Assembly: GCA_963848965.1 (NCBI GenBank)
Contig: CAWKFG010000004.1
Location: 768,001 to 832,000, forward strand
Source of the DNA: an uncultured bacterium
GTDB lineage: Bacteria; Babelota; Babeliae; Babelales; Babelaceae
DNA length: 64,000 nucleotides
Reading direction: 5' to 3'
A program made the translations under genes and the position numbers. The notes beneath the pieces were generated by a model that saw nothing but the letters and a program-made list of their open reading frames with translations, did not search any database and was not told the DNA's origin. Positions 55,917 to 64,000 of this stretch are shown piece by piece (within the stretch, counting starts at the first letter, position 1; each line of letters starts with the position of its first letter).

Positions 55917-58900
55917 TTAGCTCTCTCCTAAATAAGTAGGATAACTCCAAGGAGCCCCCCTAGCTTTTTGCGCTATATCATGAGCATTTCCTGCTTTAAT
56001 CTTGTATAGCTTTTCAAGCCTTGCTTCTATATACTCATGTTCTAAGAGTTTAATATCGTTTACAGTAAAATCTCCCTGAAATAACCTTGTCCATGAAGAT
56101 GCCATCTCTTTATCCGGGTCAAATTTGCTTACAGTGCCATCTCTTTTTGAATGTTCATTAAAGAAAACATGCTGCTTAATCCTTTTTATCCAATGTTCAG
56201 GTAAGCCAGTATTTCGTGCTATTTTTGCAACATCGTCTTGAGCTCTAATAAGATCGTACATTCTTGCCGCCCATTTATTTGCTAACTCTATGTTCTGTAC
56301 CTGAGATAGACTAGAATTATGCGGTATTATATATCTGCACCATTCTCCAGTATCTATTTTTTTATAAAGCTCAACAACACTATTATCGTTGTTTATTATT
56401 TCTATTTTTATAGGAGTTTGCTTTATTCTTAATCCTTCTAAATGCGGTGCTCTATAAATTGAATGTATTTTAGCCTTCTGCTCTGCTTCTGTAAATATTG
56501 GCACAACTTTATTAACTTTTGTTGTGCATCTTAATGCAAACTCCTTAGAATACTCTGGAAACACAACTTGTGGTTCCCATATAGTATTGATTTGTGGCAA
56601 TCCTTGTTCACTCTTTATTGTTTCTTCTACTGCTATAGCATTACATAAAATTTCCTCTTCCAAGATCCTAATATCTCTTTGAAATCCGTGTATAATAGCA
56701 TCTTTAACTTTTTTGTTTGCATCCGTAATAGGCCCAAGAAGTTTTACATGCTCTGCACATTGATCTTTCAGCTTTTGTATTTGCTGTATCCCCTTGTCTA
56801 AAATTAAGCTAATCTCATTCTCTGCTTCATGAAAATATGTCCTATAAGAAGGATTATTGAGGGTAAAATGCTCTGGACTAGGAGAGACTTTAACTCCTGA
56901 AGGATTAGAAGCACCATTTTTTAAAACCGATATCAGTTGTGTTGGAGGACTTGCTTCTCCTGATAAAATACGAGGTTTAGGTAAAATCTCTGGTATTGGT
57001 CTTTCAATATCATACCTTGCAGATGTAGGAATCCCTGATACAACTTCTGCTCTTAAAGGACCACCCTCTCTTTTAAACGCTGCCTTTAAATTTTTTCTAA
57101 CTGCAGGAACTATATTATGAACCTTAGCAACTTTAAGCAAATTTGCTGTAGATCGCAGACCATGCTTAATATCTATGGCATGCGAAGCACTTGCTCCAAG
57201 CATCTCTCCTAAATCATACGCACTAGCCTTTTTGGCTTTATCAAGATATGTATAGAATGACTGAACAAAGTGCTCTTTTATTACTTGTCTTTTTTCAGAA
57301 TCCCAACAAGCAGCTACAAGCTGTCCAATTCCTTGAGCTGCAGAAACAAGTCCTTCAGCAACGCCCATAGGATCCGTAACACACTTACCAAGGAATCTAA
57401 CACCTTCAAGAGCAGACCTAAACCGTTCAACAACAAAGGACTTACCAAACCCTGCTATAAGATCTGTGCAGGTTTGAGTCGCTCTATAGCTCATTAAAAT
57501 ATTACTTGAACAGTTAAAGTCAGTTGCCATACCTGCAACACTTCCTATAGTTTCTGCAAGTGGTCTATCAGCTATATCTCCTCTATAATAAATCTCAGCT
57601 GTTTGGTTAAAAATGCCATTTATTGTATTTTGTAAAGTCTGCTGTACAGGATTATCAAAAACAGTATGGAATTTAGCAGAATCAACGCTTATATGCGCTC
57701 CAAAATCCAATGCATAGGAGCTAAGTTGGGTTCTTTGAGGCAAAAAGTGCATAGAGTCTAGATGTAATGGTTCATTTTTATCAACAGACAGAGATGGTGA
57801 TTCTGCAGGTACTGGAGAAGGCACAATTTCTGATTGAACCTTGCTATCAGGTAAAGATTTTTGTTCTGTAGAAGGAGAATAAACAGAACTTTTAAGTGAG
57901 CTTTGATCTTGTGGTACTTTAGACTGGGGAGCAGAATCTTTTTCTGCACTTGGTAAAGATATTTTAGAAGTTTCTCCAGTGTTACTTGAAGAAAGAGCGC
58001 CAGTTGAGTGGGGGCTAGCAGAACTTGTAGGTGTTGCAGAAGGCACTGATTTACTTGGTGTTGGTTGTGAAGTATTTGAGGGAGCACCTATTCTATTAAT
58101 TGCAGCGTTAACAAGACATGTACGTAATACTCCTATATCGTTTTGCGAATGATTACCTTCATACAATCGTTGCCAAGAACGTACGAGTTCTTCAGGAGCT
58201 GTTACTTGAGGGTTATTAAAATAGGCATTTTTAACTCTTTGAACTCGCTCTTGAGTAAACCCACTATTTCTTGAAACTCGTTGAAGATCATCGTTATAGC
58301 CTCTTATTTGACTAAGTAACTCTGAAGCTGTTGATTGAGATGCAGGAGACGGAGTTGAAGGCATAGGAAAAGGAGCTGTTTGAGGCTTTGAAGAAAGTGT
58401 TTCCCGAAGCCAATTACGTAACCCATTAAGAGCACTGTCTATTAACTCATTTGCCATTTCTTGAGCAACTTCTTTTCCAAATTCTTTTGCAAGGCCCTTT
58501 GTATGTCCAAATGTTCGTTGTGTAGCACTAGGAGGTTGCTGTGCTGCTTTTAGCATATCATTTATTTTGCTTAACTTTTCTTCATCTATTTTAATATCAT
58601 TCAAAGAAGGTTTATTTTTAGAAGGTTTAGGAGGTCTTTCGGAATTTATAAAGGGTATCTCATGATCTTGCGGTTTCGGTGCTATTTTTTCAGACAAGGA
58701 TGTACTGCTTGGAAGACTTGCTTTCTGAATGGTATCTCTGATATTTTTAATAGAAGCATCACTACTTATGTTGGGCTGTGATGGCAATGAGGTACTTACA
58801 TTAGAGGATTTACCTAATTCAGGCTTAGGGCTTTCTTTATGCGAAAAATCTTCTTTTAGATTTTCTTGAGAGACAAGATTTTTACTTAGATTTGACTTTA

Positions 58901-60257
58901 ATAGCTCTGCTGGTGCCATTTCTGCTGAAGAGGAATTAGCTTGAACGCTGCTTCCCTGATTTTTCTTTCCCTTTTCTTGGCCACTCTTATCTTCGGCCTT
59001 TGAACTGGCTATGTTTTGAGAAGATAAAGGAACACTTGCTTTTGCTAGAGGTGGTTTACTTGTAGTAACGCTTGGAGCAACTTGTTCTGGACCCTTCAAT
59101 GGAGAGCTATGTTCTTTTGCTTTTGGCAAGTCACTATTAGGTAGCTTAGGAATAGGAGAAGATGGCAAACCTGTTTCTAACAGCTTACTTGGTAGAATAT
59201 TCTGTTCCGAAGGAAGCTGTGCACAATTACTGTACTTATTCTTGATAGCTTTAACAAATTTTTTTCCTGCCTTTATATTAAGTTCTCTTTCTTTTTCACG
59301 TCCTTCTCTACTTTCTCTGATATCACGAGGAATTTGAAGAAATGAGCGCATATCTTTACATTCAATCATTTCTTCTTTATAAAGGTCCTTTAGTTTGCTT
59401 TGTCCTACTGTAGACCTTTTAATTGAAGCTGGAAATTGTTGGAATTCTTCTACGCTTGTACAGCTCTGCATTTGAGTATGGAGCTGTTGTAGTTTTTCAG
59501 GCGTAAATATTTGTTTTGCTAGGTGAGGAACTCCTGTACGTATGCTCTCTGGTAAACCTCCATGTTGTAGCGGAGTACCCTGCTGCGGAAATATACCACA
59601 TTTCTTATCATATTCATTGTTAGCATATTGCTCATTGTAAGGTATTGACTCAAATTGGTCAGGAAGAGGTAAAGGTGGGTTTCCAGAAGTTGTTTTAGTT
59701 GGTGGTACTTGCCGAGAAGGGGCTGTTGACAAGCTAGGTCCATTTTTTGTTGATGGGGGTTTAGGTAACGGATCAGACAGAGGTGGAGATACAGGAGGCT
59801 TAGCATTTTTTGCTAACGTTCTAGAACTTGGGGGTAGAAGTTCTTTAAAACTACCTGGAGAAGAAGTAGTAGTGGCAACACCATCATGCATAGTGTTTGT
59901 TGTAACGCAGTATACATTAGGAATAGAATCAAGCTTTTTACTGTGTACATCACTTACAAGGTTTGATAAAGCGCTGTTCGTAGGTTTGAGAGAAGAAAAT
60001 TTTTCAGAAAGAATCTGACAATCGGATGATTTAGAAGGGCAAATAATAGCAGTTAAGGTAGTTTCTTGCGCTTTCAGCTCTTTGTAAAGATGGAGCTCAT
60101 TTCCTTCTCTGTCCTTGACGACTCCTATTTTAAACTGGGCAGAAGGTATTAGATCCTTATCTTTTATACGGTCCTGTGGAGGTAATGAACTTTTTAAAGT
60201 CAAAAATAGTGAGCTAAGTAAAATAAAAACTATACAGTAATTATATCCCTTATACAT
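55917..60257 (-). CDS. 1446-aa secreted polymorphic toxin-like protein; Pro/Ser-rich stalk; C-terminal HExxE...H domain
   Basis: Signal peptide; low-complexity linkers; DVAKIARNTG...IKQHVF..EH...FDPD..MA.SW.RL..G....D..LLEHEYIE...AH. Confidence 0.75.
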   Translation of the reverse strand: MYKGYNYCIVFILLSSLFLTLKSSLPPQDRIKDKDLIPSAQFKIGVVKDREGNELHLYKELKAQETTLTAIICPSKSSDCQILSEKFSSLKPTNSALSNLVSDVHSKKLDSIPNVYCVTTNTMHDGVATTTSSPGSFKELLPPSSRTLAKNAKPPVSPPLSDPLPKPPSTKNGPSLSTAPSRQVPPTKTTSGNPPLPLPDQFESIPYNEQYANNEYDKKCGIFPQQGTPLQHGGLPESIRTGVPHLAKQIFTPEKLQQLHTQMQSCTSVEEFQQFPASIKRSTVGQSKLKDLYKEEMIECKDMRSFLQIPRDIRESREGREKERELNIKAGKKFVKAIKNKYSNCAQLPSEQNILPSKLLETGLPSSPIPKLPNSDLPKAKEHSSPLKGPEQVAPSVTTSKPPLAKASVPLSSQNIASSKAEDKSGQEKGKKNQGSSVQANSSSAEMAPAELLKSNLSKNLVSQENLKEDFSHKESPKPELGKSSNVSTSLPSQPNISSDASIKNIRDTIQKASLPSSTSLSEKIAPKPQDHEIPFINSERPPKPSKNKPSLNDIKIDEEKLSKINDMLKAAQQPPSATQRTFGHTKGLAKEFGKEVAQEMANELIDSALNGLRNWLRETLSSKPQTAPFPMPSTPSPASQSTASELLSQIRGYNDDLQRVSRNSGFTQERVQRVKNAYFNNPQVTAPEELVRSWQRLYEGNHSQNDIGVLRTCLVNAAINRIGAPSNTSQPTPSKSVPSATPTSSASPHSTGALSSSNTGETSKISLPSAEKDSAPQSKVPQDQSSLKSSVYSPSTEQKSLPDSKVQSEIVPSPVPAESPSLSVDKNEPLHLDSMHFLPQRTQLSSYALDFGAHISVDSAKFHTVFDNPVQQTLQNTINGIFNQTAEIYYRGDIADRPLAETIGSVAGMATDFNCSSNILMSYRATQTCTDLIAGFGKSFVVERFRSALEGVRFLGKCVTDPMGVAEGLVSAAQGIGQLVAACWDSEKRQVIKEHFVQSFYTYLDKAKKASAYDLGEMLGASASHAIDIKHGLRSTANLLKVAKVHNIVPAVRKNLKAAFKREGGPLRAEVVSGIPTSARYDIERPIPEILPKPRILSGEASPPTQLISVLKNGASNPSGVKVSPSPEHFTLNNPSYRTYFHEAENEISLILDKGIQQIQKLKDQCAEHVKLLGPITDANKKVKDAIIHGFQRDIRILEEEILCNAIAVEETIKSEQGLPQINTIWEPQVVFPEYSKEFALRCTTKVNKVVPIFTEAEQKAKIHSIYRAPHLEGLRIKQTPIKIEIINNDNSVVELYKKIDTGEWCRYIIPHNSSLSQVQNIELANKWAARMYDLIRAQDDVAKIARNTGLPEHWIKRIKQHVFFNEHSKRDGTVSKFDPDKEMASSWTRLFQGDFTVNDIKLLEHEYIEARLEKLYKIKAGNAHDIAQKARGAPWSYPTYLGES

Positions 60258-60520
60258 GCACTTTTCTTTCTATTGTTGGTACAGTATTACCATTTATTTT
60301 AATTCGCATAATATATTTGTCAATGTGGTCATTTATTTTTAATTAAACTTAAATTTATGTAATAAAAATCATCCAGTATTTTTCGCTAATTCCTATAAGA
60401 AGCCACACGTAAAAACTTTTATTAGGATATATTTATCAATATAAGCTGTCGTACATTTGAGCTTATTCTTGAATCAAACTTTGGCAATACTTAAAGAAAG
60501 TAGAAAATAATCAGTTTTTG

Positions 60521-61006
60521 TTAAGCTTCATTAATAAGCCATATTTCGTAGTTTAAATAGAGAGCAAAAATTACCCATAAAGCATAGGGTACTAAAAGTA
60601 GTGCTGCTAGACGCGAACAGCGCCATATAAATGCGATAAGAAATACTATACTTAAAAAAACAAACTGAGCATCTAAAAAAGCTAGAGAGATGTTTTTCCT
60701 ATAAAAAAAGAAGTAGCTCCACAATACATTGAGCATTCCATTTACTCCAAATAAACTCATAATGGTCCACATATAAGGATCTCGTGTACATATATTCCAT
60801 ACAATGAGAAGTGAAAATACTGTTAAAGTACCAATAAGAGTCCATATAACAGAAAAAACCCAATCGGGTGGAGTAAGCGCAGGAAGCAAAATGTCTTCGT
60901 GATACCATTGTATACCTTGCATAGTAAACCATCTTCCCAATCCTAGAATGAGTATCACCAATCCTGGGATTATAAGATAATTAATTTTAAGGTACAGGGT
61001 CTTCAT
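60521..61006 (-). CDS. tspO: TspO/MBR family protein
   Basis: WY..I..P.LTPPDWVFSVIWT, LNVLWSYFFF, LLVPYALWVIFALYLN. Confidence 0.92.
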   Translation of the reverse strand: MKTLYLKINYLIIPGLVILILGLGRWFTMQGIQWYHEDILLPALTPPDWVFSVIWTLIGTLTVFSLLIVWNICTRDPYMWTIMSLFGVNGMLNVLWSYFFFYRKNISLAFLDAQFVFLSIVFLIAFIWRCSRLAALLLVPYALWVIFALYLNYEIWLINEA

Positions 61007-61398
61007 TGCAACTTTCGCTTTTGATCAGGAGATAAACTTGCAAGCTCTTTACTTAAAAAATAACTAAGAAATGTTCGAATTAATACAAGTAATGCGAGCA
61101 ACCCTACATCATAATAGGTCGGACGTGTAATCGATTTGATAATATCAGCACCAACCATAAACTCTAATCCAAGAATAATGTCATGGCCAAGCCTTAATCT
61201 GATACCATTTACGTCTATGGAAGACCTTCGTAGGACCGATGCTATAAAAGTATATAATGATCTGAATGCACCAAAAGCAATTACCGCTACTCCAATAGTA
61301 GAAATAAGCGAACTAACTAGTAATGAAACATCAATTAAAGAAATCATCATTACTCCTTTGTTTACTAGCATTTTACTAATAGAACAGTATAAAAGCAA
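61003..61398 (-). CDS. DUF1622-family membrane protein (true start probably downstream, at the MMISL ATGs)
   Basis: RLRLG..I.LGLEFMVGADII.SI..P, LIRTFLSYFL.KE. Confidence 0.85.
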   Translation of the reverse strand: MLLYCSISKMLVNKGVMMISLIDVSLLVSSLISTIGVAVIAFGAFRSLYTFIASVLRRSSIDVNGIRLRLGHDIILGLEFMVGADIIKSITRPTYYDVGLLALLVLIRTFLSYFLSKELASLSPDQKRKLQ

Positions 61399-61456
61399 GA
61401 GAATCCCAAGCTTGAGATTCTCTTACCTTATTTACATTTTAAAAATGCTGTACAAT

Positions 61457-62602
61457 TTATTGAACAAAGAGCGGAATATTTTGTACTTGCTCTACAAAGT
61501 CATTTAAGAGAAGAGCAATAGATTTATCATGTATGGAAAGATCAAAGTACCCACTTGCTATGGCACCCTCTTTGCATATATCTTCTAATTCATCTGTAAT
61601 TTCAGGTAACAAAGCAATTACATCCATGATTTCTGAGTGACCAGGCTTCTTGCCGTTTATAGACACATTAATCCCTAAGTTCTGCTTACATTCATCTAAG
61701 ACAAATTGGTTAGTTCCTTCAGCAAGTTGTACAATAGAAACAGTCATTACAAGTATTGCAAGAATTAAGATAACTGTACGAGCTTTTTCTGTAAAAACAA
61801 CAGTTTCTTGTGAGTCTGTATTCGCTTTTATAAGTTGCTCTACTAACACAGTAAGAGCCACTGCACCTACACTCATAAGCGCTTTTTCTAGTAAAGCATC
61901 CTCATTCATTCTCCCAAGTATAGTAACAAAGTCTCCTTGAAAAGAAGCTAAGTCAAAGTCTGAATAAAAATAAATAAGCTTTTTGTAATACAGAGGCTGA
62001 TAACAATCTTCTTTTCTTACAGGACAAGCAAAATGAACAAGCAGCTCAAGAGGTTTTTGTGCCGGAACAATACGCGAAAGATAATTTGCGACATTACATC
62101 CATGACTATGACCAAGAAGTGTTACATTGCCTTTGAGCACTTGCAACATATCCTTTAGATATTTAGCAGCATTCTTTCTTATAGTATCTGCATTAAACCA
62201 GTCAGCTGGCCACTGAAAGGAAAATAACATCAAAGGCCTATTGCGTCGATTTGATGAGATTGCCGCTGCTCTCTGTATATGTCTATAATGTGGATTATGA
62301 AGATCTGTATCATCAAAAAACTTTGGTGTATGCTGACCCCCTGTGCCATGAATAACTATCCATATCTCCAAACTATGATTATCTTCTACTTCAAGCGGCA
62401 CATATAACTGATACTTTCTAATACCTATACCATCTTTAAAGCTAAAAGGAAGCAATCTTTTTGGAAAAGAAGGTTTATCAACCCAGCATGTAGGCTCATG
62501 AACATCGTTTGGTACTAAACTCAGTTCTCCAACAGTAAGCGTAAATTGCCAACTAAGAACCGCGGATAGCAACGAAACAAGAACATATAGTCGAGTATTC
62601 AT
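61457..62602 (-). CDS. Secreted alpha/beta hydrolase
   Basis: VIHGT, LLGHSHGCNV nucleophile elbow, FACP, PGHS. Confidence 0.75.
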   Translation of the reverse strand: MNTRLYVLVSLLSAVLSWQFTLTVGELSLVPNDVHEPTCWVDKPSFPKRLLPFSFKDGIGIRKYQLYVPLEVEDNHSLEIWIVIHGTGGQHTPKFFDDTDLHNPHYRHIQRAAAISSNRRNRPLMLFSFQWPADWFNADTIRKNAAKYLKDMLQVLKGNVTLLGHSHGCNVANYLSRIVPAQKPLELLVHFACPVRKEDCYQPLYYKKLIYFYSDFDLASFQGDFVTILGRMNEDALLEKALMSVGAVALTVLVEQLIKANTDSQETVVFTEKARTVILILAILVMTVSIVQLAEGTNQFVLDECKQNLGINVSINGKKPGHSEIMDVIALLPEITDELEDICKEGAIASGYFDLSIHDKSIALLLNDFVEQVQNIPLFVQ

Positions 62603-62831
62603 AAAAGCCTCCTTGTAAAAGTATGATTTTAAAAGAAGTTAGTCTACTCGAAATGTAAAATATTTTAAAGTGTTTTTTTTAATTTATAAAAATAAAATCT
62701 CAAAATTAGCGATAGATAGCTCATAAAAGATATAAATAGGTAAGAAATTACAACTAGGTCCTTCAATAATAAGAGATGCACATCTCTTCATTATAATTAA
62801 GGCGAGTTTGACATACTAGTTTAGCAAATTA

Positions 62832-63998
62832 TTATTTATCTTGGAGCAATTGCACAATTTCTTGATGCCCTGCTTCTTGAGCAAGCATTAAAGCAGTCTT
62901 ACCTTGTTTATTAGTTAGAGACGTATTAGCTTTCACTTCTAATAGTTTCTGTACAAGACCTGTATGCCCTTTTTGAGCAGCATCCATAAGTACTGTATGT
63001 CCTTGACTATCTTGGTAATCAGTATCTTCTTGCTGTAGTGATATCTCTTGATTCTGCCGTTGTACAAGTTTATCAAGTAAATATTTTTTAAAACAGAATG
63101 GCTTATGTATTTTCCATTCTCTCATTTGACATTCCTTTGAGCAATAACGAACAGCTCTACAGCAATTGCACAGTTGTATGTGCTTACTTTGACAGACATG
63201 ACATTCTTTTTTATCTATATTAAGAGGATAAGAAAGTATAGTATAACCATAAGTATCTTGAGCTCCTGCTTGCAGAAGCAGATCCATTAATGCTACAGCT
63301 CCTTTTTGAGCAACTATAAGAAATGCATCTTTTTTACTGCTTTTTGTTTTTGCTCCTGCACTTAATAATATTTTTGCTATATCAGCATGCCCTCGATATA
63401 AAGCCCTTATTAAAGGGGTATTTCCATTATTGCTTTCTTCATTGACATCTGCACTATGAGCTATAAGCATTTCTACTATATTTTTGTTACCTTCTCTTGC
63501 AGCAACCATTAATGGAGTAATTCCATCTTGATCTTTTATATTTCCTCTAAATCCAGCTTTTATGAGGGCAGTAAGCATTCCTGTATAGTTCTGCTTTACT
63601 AATTCATGTACAAGCTGAGCTGGCAAAATTCCTTTTTGAAAGAGAGTTATAACTGCTTGTGTAAAGATGCAAGCTTGCTGCGGAGTAATAGTTATTTGAG
63701 CTCCTCGTTCTAAAAGCAACGCAATGAGATCACTCTCTAGTTTTGAAACAGCTGCAATGAGAGCTGTATGACCATCTTCAAATTGAGCATTAACATCAGC
63801 ACCTGCATCAAGAAGTAGTAGTATTATCTCTTTAGATCCCTGTAATACAGCATCTCTTACAAGAGTTGTTTTATTCTCGGGATCATTTACTTCTATACCC
63901 GCATCTATAAGCATACGTACTATTTCTTTATGGCCTTTAACTACGGCAAAATAGAGTGCAGTACATTTAGCAGTAGTTTTAGTATTAACATCGGCTCC
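62832..63998 (-). CDS. Ankyrin-repeat protein with internal MYND finger; 5' truncated by window edge
   Basis: Frame open to the window end (GADVNTKTT...); CHVC...CNCCRAVRYCSKECQMREWKIHKPFC. Confidence 0.88.
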   Translation of the reverse strand, partial: GADVNTKTTAKCTALYFAVVKGHKEIVRMLIDAGIEVNDPENKTTLVRDAVLQGSKEIILLLLDAGADVNAQFEDGHTALIAAVSKLESDLIALLLERGAQITITPQQACIFTQAVITLFQKGILPAQLVHELVKQNYTGMLTALIKAGFRGNIKDQDGITPLMVAAREGNKNIVEMLIAHSADVNEESNNGNTPLIRALYRGHADIAKILLSAGAKTKSSKKDAFLIVAQKGAVALMDLLLQAGAQDTYGYTILSYPLNIDKKECHVCQSKHIQLCNCCRAVRYCSKECQMREWKIHKPFCFKKYLLDKLVQRQNQEISLQQEDTDYQDSQGHTVLMDAAQKGHTGLVQKLLEVKANTSLTNKQGKTALMLAQEAGHQEIVQLLQDK

Positions 63999-64000
63999 TT

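Overview
AT-rich bacterial chromosome segment whose gene content (many signal-peptide ankyrin proteins, MYND zinc fingers, a cPLA2-like lipase, T2SS-like secretins) suggests an intracellular symbiont or parasite of protists, probably Ca. Dependentiae/Babelota (TM6). That taxon is an inference. The main find is a lasso-peptide (RiPP) cluster at about 24.9-30.1 kb: a fused RRE/leader peptidase, two convergent lasso cyclases sharing near-identical DNA blocks, and four tandem precursors between them. Three precursors are missing from the ORF track and were translated by hand. All four have Thr(-2)-Leu(-1)|Gly1...Glu8 and fall into two sequence classes. Also present: a polymorphic toxin-like locus with two paralogous immunity-like genes and three copies of the toxin-tip domain, an EndoU-ankyrin giant protein, three MYND proteins, a recurring signal-peptide + Met-Glu/Gln motif in secreted proteins, tandem secretins, an ARG-box argR-argGH-ABC operon, and a duplicated ankyrin / J-domain-like gene array. 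I recognised no rRNA, tRNA, CRISPR array or transposase. All domain calls come from reading motifs by eye, not from database searches.
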